Source of the DNA: Lama guanicoe
Lineage: Eukaryota
DNA length: 64,000 nucleotides
Reading direction: 5' to 3'
NCBI GenBank assembly: GCA_013239625.1
Contig: MU053513.1
Span: 640,370-704,369, forward strand
The notes under the pieces: generated by a model
The model's input: the letters and a program-made list of their open reading frames with translations, nothing else
The model's database searches: none
What the model was told of the DNA's origin: nothing
Translations under genes and position numbers: made by a program
Shown: piece by piece, positions 13,361-24,415 of the stretch
Layout of the letters: every line of letters starts with the position of its first letter
How positions within the stretch are numbered: the stretch's first letter is position 1

Positions 13361-13994
13361 CAAAAGTAAAAATGCCCTGCATAAAATTGAGCAGCATGCC
13401 CGCAATGTCCCTGCCATAGCCTTGGACCAGCAAGTGACCTCTCTTGCCCCCTCATATCTCGGATCAGGAAAGTGTCCACAGCATTAATATCACACTCTAC
13501 TACCAGCCATGATAATAGTCAGGAGTCCACCTACTGAATTACATGCAGTCACTTTCTGAAAATGAGGAAAGCTTAATGAGAAATTAGCCAGCGAGATAAC
13601 AAGTTCACATCCGAGTCTTCACTCTATTTCTAACTTGTAAGCACAAAAGAAATGCTGAGTATTTTTGTTGGTGGCAGATGTGATCGTCCTTTCAGCTCAG
13701 TGCCAAGGAGAACAGTCACTAAAGGTCGGAGGGGAAGACAAGGACCCAGGTGAGGACAGTACAGACGCCACAGACCTCACAGACATGATCATACACCAAC
13801 TGATGGCAAAAACTGGCACAGCTTCTCAGGTGATGTCATTCTGCAGAAGGGCACCAAGTAACGGATTTTTGCAATTTATTTAACTACTATCTCTTTCTTT
13901 GGCTACTACCTGAGAACAGTTATTCTGTTCAATAGAGTTAGCAATACTCAAATTTGGCTAATACCTAGCTTGTAATATAAAACATGAGCTCTAA

Positions 13995-14800
13995 ACCACA
14001 AACAACATATGTTGATGAGGATGTGGAGAAAAGGGAACATTTGTACATCATTGGTGGGAATGTAAATTGGTGCAGTCCCTGGGGAAAACAGCATGGAGGT
14101 TCCTCAAAAAACTAAAAATAGAACTACCATATGATGTAGTAATTCCATCTCTGGGTATATATCTTAAGAAAATGAAAACATGAATTCAAAAAGATACATG
14201 TACCCCAATGTTCAGAGCAGCATTATTTACAATAGCCACAACATGGAAGCAACCTAAATGTCCATCAGCCAATAAATGGATGAAGATTCCACATGCGATG
14301 GAATACTACTCAGCCATAGAAAAAATTTATTTCAGAATCAAAGATGACTTTATAGTAAAACACAATAAATATAATTTATCATTCTAATAAATTACGATGG
14401 TCAAACTATCTCACTAGTCGTAAGAATAGTGCCTAATTAATATTCACTTATGAAAAACTGTCAGCCAATCAGAGATAGACACATTAGCTTAGCATGATAG
14501 AAAAGTAAGTGAAAAATTTAAGAATTAAAAAAAGAGAAATAAAATTGTATTTGTTGAAGATGATGCCACTATGTATGTGGAAAGCCAAAAGTATCTACAG
14601 ATAAATTATGAACATGACAAAAGCTAACAAGTTCACATAAAACAACGGTCAAATTACAAAGATATATTGAGTTTTTATATATTGGCAATAATCAGAATAC
14701 GTCACTTAAAATACTTAAAATTACATTTGTCTGTGTTTATGTATAGCTATACCATTTAGAGTAGCAATAGCAAATGTTTAGGAATAAATCTCACAAGAGA
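13995..14800 (+). mobile_element. L1 ORF2 fragments (two pieces)
   Basis: 13995-14320 is a classic L1 ORF2 3' end ('gatgtggagaaaagggaac...gaactaccatatgat'). 14330-14800 is an older RT-region piece ('tttgttgaagatgatgccactatgtatgtggaaagccaaaa', resembling FADDMIVYVENPK). Confidence 0.8.
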
Positions 14801-14834
14801 TAGACAGGAAACCATTTTATATGTGATCTCAGAT

Positions 14835-14975
14835 AGTTCCTATTATCTCTGGTTCTCAATTTCCTCATCTTTAAAAAGAGTTAAGAATACTTGGCTCATT
14901 TGGTGAAATGAGGGCTAAATAAAATAATGTACAGCAACCGGCCAGCACAGCCTGATCGGCAGTAGGTGTTCAGTG
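14835..14975 (+). mobile_element. MIR SINE fragment
   Basis: 'tctctggttctcaatttcctcatctttaaaaagag...gcacagcctgatcggcagtaggtgttcagt'. Confidence 0.7.
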
Positions 14976-15035
14976 AGACGTAATTCCGTTCTAGCAGTAC
15001 GTTGCTATTGTCAATGAAGGATCTCAGTAGTGCAC

Positions 15036-15748
15036 TGTAGTGGCTTTGAAATATATCAGTGTGGCTAGGCTGAACTGCATTTTCCAAAAAATCCCTTTCC
15101 TGTTTCTGGTTAGGGCAGGCCACAAGAGAGATTCCTGCGGGAGATGTGGTGGGTAGCAGTGAACAGCGGCCATTGGACAGCACGTGCACATGTGTGCTGA
15201 TAAGCTGGCTCACTGCATTGTGACCTAGAGACTCAGCCCCCATCTTCTCCGACTCCTCTTAGATCTTCCTATAGCTTTTCGGGTTTCAAGGCCACGTGCA
15301 TGTTTTTAGGTCCCTAATGAAGGGTCCCAGCTTCTGCAGGACACATATGCTCTCAAGGCCAGACACAACAGCACTGACATGGGTGGGTTTTAATCCATCC
15401 CAAGCCAGCTCATGCTTGTGGGTTCTAGCTGGCTCCTGCTGTCCCCCACTTTACAGTCACCTTCTCTTTCCTAGTGCCTGTAGGAACTTTAAGGTTCAGC
15501 CACTTCAGAGGCAAAGAAAACAGCCTTATGGAGACTGCGTAGCCAACTCACACAATTGTACAAGGTCAAATCCTTGTAACAAAATCCCCTGTGTGTGTGT
15601 GCGTATACACACATAGGCACAGACACACACATACACACAATAGTGTATGCGTGCATTCGTGTATAAATAAAACAACTAAGACACGCAAGGTGCATGTGTT
15701 CATGTGCATTAGTACTTCTGCTTCTCTGGCTGACTTCCGACTGATACA
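15036..15748 (+). mobile_element. ERVL solo LTR (LTR52/LTR53/MLT2-like)
   Basis: tgtagtgg...ctgactgataca-type termini and 'ggctaggctgaactgcattttcc' 5' motif. Weak 5-bp TSD tgcac/tacat. Confidence 0.65.
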
Positions 15749-16226
15749 TACATTGTTCTCACAAATTACGAATAATTGTTTTTATTCTGTATTCCAGGCT
15801 AAAAAGATAAAACTCAGTCTAGTAAAAAGCTAGAAAGAAGAGTCACATGGAAATTTTGAGTGATGATGATGCAAAGAAAACAGCCTTATGGAGACTGCGT
15901 AGCCAGCTCACACAATTGTACAAGGTCAAATCCTTGTAACAAAATCCCGTGTGTGTGTGCGTATACACACATAGGCACAGACACACACATACACACAATA
16001 GTGTATGCGTGCATTCGTGTATAAATATAACAACTAAGACACGCAAGATGCATGTGTTCATGTGCATTAGTACTTCTGCTTCTCTGGCTGACTTCTGACT
16101 GATACGTACGTTGTTCTCACAAATTGTGAATAATTGTTTTTATTCTGTATTCCAGGCTAAAAAGATAAAACTCAGTCTAGTAAGAAGCTAGAAAGAAGAG
16201 TCATATGGAAATTTTGAGTGATGATG
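15511..16226 (+). repeat. 360-bp tandem duplication (15511-15870 / 15871-16226)
   Basis: Both copies start gcaaagaaaacagccttatgg and end ggaaattttgagtgatgatg. About a dozen differences by eye. Confidence 0.97.
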
Positions 16227-16741
16227 TATTTCAGGTGGGGTGGAATGAGCACCATTCGACCACTTTTATGATGAAAGGGGCACATTTAGATTTGGTTGAG
16301 GATTTAAATTATGAAAAGTTCATATTGTTAGTCAGTCTGTGTTCAGCCCAGAAGTAATATCTTCTTCAATTATCCATTCTACGTTGGAAAGTATCATTGA
16401 AGACAGGTTCAGTCTTTTTACAGGATTTTCACTACAGCTACCACCGGAATTTTCCTTTCTTAATTAAATCCCTTGTGCTCACCATCAGCCATTTTCCTGG
16501 GGGAGAACAGAGAATGGGGAGATGGAGGTTTTGGAAATCCACTTTGTCTTTCGTTCAGAAAAGTAGTCTGTGTCTCAAGGCTCACTTCTACTTTTATGAT
16601 CACCTCAAACGAAACCTGGAAAGTCTAGTGACATGGCATGAAGTCTTATATGAGTTAAGGCTTCAATTCTATTGCTATTGTGCGGTATTTATTCTAAAGC
16701 CTCAGACCTGGACAGAGTCATAAAACTAGTTTAATACCACC

Positions 16742-18025
16742 TCTTCATGTTACAGATGAGGAAAGCATGGCTTAAGGAGATTACTGTCAAAATTGCCAAA
16801 GCCACTTAACTATTAGAAGCAAGTTCCTAAAGAAAATGTACTTCTTGTGCAAACCAATTGTCCAATGAGTTTTCTTTTTAAATTCCCTGGAGTTACAAGG
16901 CAATTCTGGGAGAGCTAAACTTTTCAGATTTCTTAACAGAGTATGATCAGCAAAGGAGACTATGAGCTATGCATTTATACCTTTTCCTAAACTAAGTAAC
17001 ATTGATCTTGAAATTGCTGGACATTCCAACAGCATTCAAGATGCACAGGACGAGCCTGGAATTTTCTTTTAAAAGCTATTCCTGTTTACTTTAAAGTACA
17101 TATAGCTGCACTGATAATATTTGCCATATTTTTGATGGTAAACCTGTGAACACTGGCAGGAAATCAGTGTTGCTTTTTGTCTAGTTCTGTGTTCAGAAAC
17201 TCTCCCTCTGGATGCTTGAAGATTTAATAATACCAATAAATGATTTTATATTCTCTGAATATTTCATTTTTTAATACCTTGAGCCAAACTATGTTCACTT
17301 CTCAGGAATATTTCTCACTCTGTTTAGATGGTGAACTCAGATGGCTAATGAGATCATGACTGTGTCATTCCCATCTAGGATGGGACCGTTTTCCACACCC
17401 AAAGGCTGAGTTCCAAATTTGTCAAGTCATATAAAAACTAAATATCTCTGAAATACATTTAAAGATGAATCAAAGTAAATTCATTCACCCTACTGGAAAA
17501 GAAAATGCACACCCTCCATTTTGTGCCTCACCACAGATTGCCCATCTCCCTCCCCTTCCCTCACTGGCTGCATCAGACTCACAGAGACACACGCAGACTC
17601 CCTTGTTGTCTAGCCGTATTGTCAGGAGAAAATAATTGAGAACAGTTCCAAGTAGTGTTGGTAGTCACAGTTAAGAGCATGAACTGTGAACCTGGATAGA
17701 ATGGAGTTCAAGTCCTTGTTGATACATTTACAAACTGTGTGATCATAAGCACGGTACTAAGCTAAGCATTGGTTTCTTTATGCTCAGAATGAGAATAACT
17801 ATATGTCACGAAATGGCAGTGGGGTTTACATGAGGTAGCACAGGTGATGCACGAGGCATGATGTCTTATGTATTCCAGACGATAAATATTTGTTTAATAA
17901 CATGTCTTGAAAAATAAGTATTATCTAGTCCAAAGTTCAAAACATCTATTTCCTTAGTGGCTCTTCTTGGATTCTTTCCACTTCCTTTTGTAGATGGACA
18001 CAGATTAATTCATCAGTTTGCCTCA
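16742..18025 (+). repeat. 1284-bp direct repeat, copy 1
   Basis: Matches 18825-20108 at a constant offset of 2083, from tcttcatgttacagatg to cagtttgcctca. Contains MIR fragments near 16742-16830 and 17660-17900. Confidence 0.97.
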
Positions 18026-18299
18026 GGGAGGATTTTAAGATTTTCCTTTTTTTTCAAAGAATGGTTTAAAAAATAAAAACCCTCTCTGGCTGGATGTCTT
18101 ATGTATATGATCTCTTTATCTATAAAAGGAAAGCATGAGAATAAATTATCCATAATTCCCTCAGTGCTGTGAAATACCTTTTTCCAATATTCCTAGTTTC
18201 CAAACAGAGAGTGGAAACAATGTCCTTTATTTTAATAGAGGTAATTCAATATAAAAATTGTTAATTAAGTATTAAAAATGGAAATGCAAAAAAGGAAAA

Positions 18300-18824
18300 C
18301 TAAGGTATCCCTGAGGTACCAATTTTAGGAAGCTGACATTATTTATAGGGCTGGGGTAACAAACAAAGCAATTGAAATTATTAAATGTACAGTGCAGAAG
18401 GGCAGACCCACAGCACCGAAATACAATCTCAGGGAGGAGAGTCCTGCTCAGCTGGTGCTGATACCTCTGAGTTTAGAACCAGGGGCTCAGGGGTCTAGGA
18501 CCCAGAATTCCGAGGAAGGGGCGATACCAGCTGCTGCTGGGGTCTGGTTCTTCGCATGATGGAAAAAAATTGCAAATTGAAATCAGTGGCTGTTACTGGG
18601 ATGGAACAGTGCTGCTGGAGTGACACTCACAAGAAGCGGAATTAGAAACAGCCAAAAGGCAGCCGGCAAAGAGGACCACGTTCCTCCTCGGGCTTGGCAG
18701 TCTCCCTTTCAGCGCCCCTTCTTGGTAAAGCATAACAGGGGGCCTCCCGGCAAACAGAAATCGGGTTTTCAGCATTTCGGCGTCACAGCACAGAATATGG
18801 AAGGGTGGATTTGAAGCTGAGAGA
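18300..18824 (-). mobile_element. LTR41-like ERVL LTR, truncated at the duplication junction
   Basis: 'cagcgccccttcttggtaaagcataacagg...cagaatatggaagggtggatttgaagctgagaga' matches the reverse of the recalled LTR41 5' end, which is cut off about 20 bp before its terminus. Confidence 0.65.
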
Positions 18825-20108
18825 TCTTCATGTTACAGATGAGGAAACCATGGCTTAAGGAGATTACTGTCAAAATTGCCAAAGCCACTTAACTATTAGA
18901 AGCAAGTTCCTAAAGAAAATGCACTTCTTGTGCAAACCAATTGTCCAGTGAGTTTTCTTTTTTAATTCCCTGGAGTCACAGGGCAATTCTGGGAGAGCTA
19001 AACTTTTCAGATTTCTTAACAGAGTATGATCAGCAAAGGAGACTATGAGCTATGCATTTATACCTTTTCCTAAACTAAGTAACATTGATCTTGAAATTGC
19101 TGGACATTCCAACAGCATTCAAGATGCACAGGACGAGCCTGGAATTTTCTTTTAAAAGCTATTCCTGTTTACTTTAAAGTACATATAGCTGCACTGATAA
19201 TATTTGCCATATTTTTGATGGTAAACCTGTGAACACTGGCAGGAAATCAGTGTTGCTTTTTGTCTAGTTCTGTGTTCAGAAACTCTCCCTCTGGATGCTT
19301 GAAGATTTAATAATACCAATAAATGATTTTATATTCTCTGAATATTTCATTTTTTAATACCTTGAGCCAAACTATGTTCACTTCTCAGGAATATTTCTCA
19401 CTCTGTTTAGATGGTGAACTCAGATGGCTAAGGAGATCATGACTGTGTCATTCCCATCTAGGATGGGACCGTTTTCCACACCCAAAGGCTGAGTTCCAAA
19501 TTTGTCAAGTCATATAAAAACTAAATATCTCTGAAATACATTTAAAGATGAATCAAAGTAAATTCATTCACCCTACTGGAAAAGAAAATGCACACCCTCC
19601 ATTTTGTGCCTCACCACAGATTGCCCATCTCCCTCCCCTTCCCTCACTGGCTGCATCAGACTCACAGAGACACACGCAGACTCCCTTGTTGTCTAGCCGT
19701 ATTGTCAGGAGAAAATAATTGAGAACAGTTCCAAGTAGTGTTGGTAGTCACAGTTAAGAGCATGAACTGTGAACCTGGATAGAATGGAGTTCAAGTCCTT
19801 GTTGATACATTTACAAACTGTGTGATCATAAGCACGGTACTAAGCTAAGCATTGGTTTCTTTATGCTCAGAATGAGAATAACTATATGTCACGAAATGGC
19901 AGTGGGGTTTACATGAGGTAGCACAGGTGATGCACGAGGCATGATGTCTTATGTATTCCAGACGATAAATATTTGTTTAATAACATGTCTTGAAAAATAA
20001 GTATTATCTAGTCCAAAGTTCAAAACATCTATTTCCTTAGTGGCTCTTCTTGGATTCTTTCCACTTCCTTTTGTAGATGGACACAGATTAATTCATCAGT
20101 TTGCCTCA
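18825..20108 (+). repeat. 1284-bp direct repeat, copy 2
   Basis: See copy 1. About 7 substitutions seen in total. Confidence 0.97.
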
Positions 20109-20849
20109 TTATAAACCTAATGAAATAACTTTCAATTACAATGCAGAGAAAGTCACATAGATGTTGATTACATTCAGCCTGCCTAACAAAATTACTTCTT
20201 AAAAGTGTTTTTGATCTCAATGGGAAGGTGTGAGACTATCAGGGCTAACAATAATTGTGTATTTGGTATGACCATTCGTGACATGATTTTATGAGAGAAA
20301 TGAGAAAATCCCAATTAATTTGGGTAACTAGGGAAGAAAACTGATCTTTTTTCTATTTAACATTTACCCTTGTTTTGCAGAATTCAGATTGATTTTTCTT
20401 CTTGGATTTAGAAACTCTACCTGCTGTAAAACATTTGGTCAGTCAGTTTAGGCCAAATAACCATCATGAGAACAATGTTAACTGCCAAATACATTAGAGT
20501 TTCTCATGAGCAGAAATGTCTAGCCTTTCCCAGATTATTTATTCTAAATCCTTCTGTCTATTTCCTTCAGGAAAAACTCAAAGTGCAGCTTACTCCGCCT
20601 GGAACATGAGAAACTTGCTCTATCTTCAAATATAGATTCACTAGTTTTCCAGATCTTAAAATGCTACCTCAGTTGGGTCACGTCTCTCCACCTTATGTCT
20701 TAGATCCATTGCATTATAGGAAAAATTTTCGCATTACTGATCATTCTGTACTCTTTATCTCACCAAGTTAACAAGAAGACAAGACACTTCGGAGCCTTCA
20801 ATGGTGTCTCGTTAGCATTTAACTCCACTGATTCTTGTCAAAGACAGAC

Positions 20850-22000
20850 AATTGCTCTCGGATTATAATCACAGACACTTGGAATAATATCCTTGCGTAC
20901 AAGATTGTCATTTTTCTATCAGCTTCTGCAATAGGCAGGAAGCAAGCAGGAACTGCCTTTAGGCTAAAATACTGATCTCAGCATAGAACCTTGAATCTGG
21001 AAGCTTGTTTGATTCCTGTACTATAATATTATGCCAGAAGAAGGGTGAAAAGACTGCCTCTGAATTAATCAAATTCTAATTCTAAACAGTTTTACAAAGG
21101 GCGTATGTTGTGGCCCCTTTTCTCTTTAACTCACATTTAAAAGCTTGATTCTGTTTTTAGATGAGTTGGCTAGAAGCCCACCTGCCATACCAAAAGGCAG
21201 AAAAGCATCCTCTTCTATAGTGATGACATGGTTTTATATCATGAGCTAAGAGTAACCTCAAGAAGCAAAACCTTTAGGCTAATTACTGTCAGACAGAACA
21301 GCTTAATGTCAACTCCGCTGAATCTAAAGTTGTTGTCTTTGGCAGGAGTTCTCAGGTGTTAAAATGGATACTGAAATAACTCCATCCCACAGCACAATTC
21401 ATCCTATTACTTAGGAGAGAGCTTTGAGGCCAAGTGCCTGGTGGGCCAGTCAGCTTCCAGCACCACTTAAAATCAGGAGCAATTCTCATCTAACGCTGAA
21501 TTTCTCTTAAAGAAATTAATGTATGCTTTAAAAGGATTTTGGGTCCAAATAAATTATTTTATACACAGAACTCGGTGCTAATTGAATTATCATCCAAGCT
21601 CCTGTATTAAAAACTCTTTCTCAGGGAAAGCATCGTAGATTCCAACACAGGTAAGATGACCCACCTTTCATGAGTCCTAATATGCACAAGGGAAGGGCAA
21701 TGTTGCTGTCTGATGTTTGAATATCTTGTGGGGACGGATCTTTCTGCAAACAGTAACACAAAGACCTATAATTTGATCACTGAGCATGGAATTCAGCCTC
21801 AGGTCCTCTAAATAAGGTAACCAGAGGCCAATATCCTTGAAACTGCTCAGCTTGACTTCCTTTCATGATACCTTCATTGTGTCATGATTCAATGTTTTGC
21901 CTTGATTTTCATCAAAAGATAACATAAAGAATAACGACACAAAAAATAATCACTGACCTTTGGCCAAATCATTGTTGGGAACGTTGTCTATTACAGCGCT
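20850..22000 (+). mobile_element. Ancient RTE-X/L4-like LINE fossil (reverse transcriptase region, frameshifted)
   Basis: Ordered RT motifs: YVVAPFLFN (21104-21130), SILFYSDDMVL (21204-21236), LNVNSAESKVVVFGR (21302-21346), NSIPQHNSSYYLG (21378-21416). Outer limits are uncertain. Confidence 0.75.
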
Positions 22001-23345
22001 CAACATATATATTGTCTACTACATTGTTCAATGTATTATATAATTATGACTGCATTACATGTAATATTGTCACAATGAAAATCCACATGATAAATCCCTC
22101 CATGAGTTTAACTAGGAAAGAAAGAATCTCAACAATGAGCCTATGTGCTTCTACGATTAAGAGCAAATAGGGACCATTCTATCCTTCTTGCTAGGAACCT
22201 GAAAGGGAAAGTGTTAAAACAGAGGGACTAGGCTTCTAGTTTCCTGACGAAATTGACTTCTCCCCTTCCTCTGGAAGGTTTCGAATTTCTGAGTTTTAAA
22301 TCTAACGTTCACCTTTAATGTTTTATATGAATGTTTACATAATAGGCTTCCCAAAAGGTTAGAAGGAGCCAAATGTTACTTCTGACTTATTACAAACAAT
22401 TATCTGTGTAAATAAGTAGTTAGTGAATCACTTTCCTTTGGGATTCTTCTCGGTTGTGAAGTATCAGTGATGACCTCCTCTTTACCTAGAGCATAGGAAT
22501 GTTTAGAGATTCAGAGGCTATTTAAAAGTAGGGGGGGCTCTTTGACTACACTTTTATAATTTTAATAATAATTCTAATCAGTAGGAATGCACCTGAAATC
22601 TCTAACTCCCCCAGATTTGCTACTCATATTGATTCAAATGATTCCGAGAGCATCCTAATTCTTTGAACTATTCTCCTTCCTTCTCCTACATCATCACCCC
22701 ACCTTTCCCCAGTGGACTCTCCCTTCCATCTTTATATGCATATCTTCTAAGTGCTTCTTTTGGCATGCTGCTCATTAGAAATAATCCATGCTTTTAGTTT
22801 TTCTGACCATTTTTCCGATCATTTTGCTTTGTCGTCAATACCGTCCCACCCAATTTGTCTAACTTCAGTCTAATGTTCTGAAGTCACCAAAATGAACGCC
22901 GCCTTCTTCAGACAGACTCATCTGACAATGCTTCCTACCACCACTCATGTTATTGCTCCTATCTGCCTCTATCACTGACCAAGCTCAACCTATATTTTTA
23001 AGGCTTGGCATAAATTCTGGCACCCCAGAGGCCTTTTTTTGCTGCCCTAATCTCAGTAACACTTCCCTTCTTTGAAGTTCTATAGCATCTATTACCTGCA
23101 ACTTGTAATATTGTGCTTAGTTAAGGGCATACATTTTTGCACAATAACCGCTAGTCTATGCACAGCAAATAAAGAATGCAAAGCTTAACTGATGGTTATG
23201 ACTAGTTCCGGCGAGCTGAAATCATTCCTGCAGTTTTATCATCTGTAAGAATCTGCAGGTCATGATTCTCTCATGAGTGTGGTCTTTGCCTTGTTCCACG
23301 TGGCAACCCATAGAGTTGGTGTATGGTAGGCATTCAATATCTTTT

Positions 23346-23692
23346 TTTTTCTTTTTTTTTTTAGTTGAAGTGTAGTCAGTTTATAAAGTTTTGTCAGTTT
23401 CTGGTGTAAAGCATAATGTTTCAGTAATACATATACATACATATATTCATTTTCTTCTTTTTCATTGAGTTACTATAAGATATTGAATCTAGTTCCCTGT
23501 GATACACAGTAGAAACTTGTTGTTTACCTATTTTATATATAGTACTTGCAAATCTCGAACTCCCAATTTATCCCTTCCCACCCTTTCCCCTCACCCCGGT
23601 AACCATAAGGTTGTTTTCTATACCTGTGGGTCTGTTTCTGTTTTGCAAATAAGTTCATTTGTCTTTTTTAGATTCCACATATAAGTGATATC
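23346..23692 (-). mobile_element. 5'-truncated camelid L1 3'UTR inserted in an L2 tail
   Basis: Poly-T head, then 'gttgaagtgtagtcagttta...gattccacatataagtgatatc'. TSD atatctttt at 23337-23345 and 23693-23701. Confidence 0.9.
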
Positions 23693-24099
23693 ATATCTTT
23701 TGAATGAAAGAAAATGTTCACTGGCTCCCTAGTCTTCAGATCCCTTGTTACCAGTGTTTAGTAGACATAATAATAAGCTTTTTTTTTATGTTAAACACTG
23801 AGAACCCAAAGTACCAACTGGAAGTTACTGGTTTAGTAACTGGGACATGGTGCGTGGGGAATACGACTGTTAAAGAAAAATTCCTGGAGATTCTGATGGA
23901 TGAGATCCGAAGTTGAAGGAAGCCTGCTCTAGAAAATTAAGTTCCTTTCCCTTATGCAATCGCTCTCTCAAACTTATCTTTTAAAACATTTTCCATTATC
24001 CCCCTTTCCATACAAGATACACTAACCAAACCGAACTCCATATTACTGTTTGTGAAGGACCATTTTAACACAAAACCACCTTGAACCTCAAGCTCTTCC

Positions 24100-24415
24100 A
24101 CGGGTACACTCGGATGCTTATCTTTAGAGACCAAATCAAAGGCTACCTCTTCCAGGAAGCCTTGTCTTATTACCTACTACCCCGCCCACCCCCTGCAGTA
24201 CACACAGTTGTCACCAATCAGTTTCCTCAGCAATGATCCTGCCTCTTTCTGTTTAGTGCCACAGTTATTAGTATAGCCGATATTTTTTCCTCCTATTTTA
24301 GACTGTTAGTTCATTAAGGACAGATTTTATGTCTGGTTCGTTTTTAATCCCCCGAAGTGCTTGTCATAGTGCATGTGTACAGCTGTTGCTTGGTAAATAT
24401 TAAGTAAATTTAAAA
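24100..24415 (+). mobile_element. L2 3' fragment
   Basis: 'ctacctcttccaggaagccttgtc...ttagactgttagttcattaaggacag...ggtaaatatt'. Confidence 0.65.

Noticed and set aside
13665..13883. Acidic 72-aa ORF that could be an exon
   Set aside because: No recognisable homologue, weak splice signals and no partner exons.
16140..16240. Exon-like segment (tattccag...tttcag|gtgggg) in the 360-bp duplication
   Set aside because: Stop codons in all three frames and no transcript evidence.
16742..20108. Provirus with two 1.28-kb LTRs
   Set aside because: The repeats begin inside a MIR, contain genomic MIR sequence, and lack TG..CA termini, PBS/PPT and TSD.
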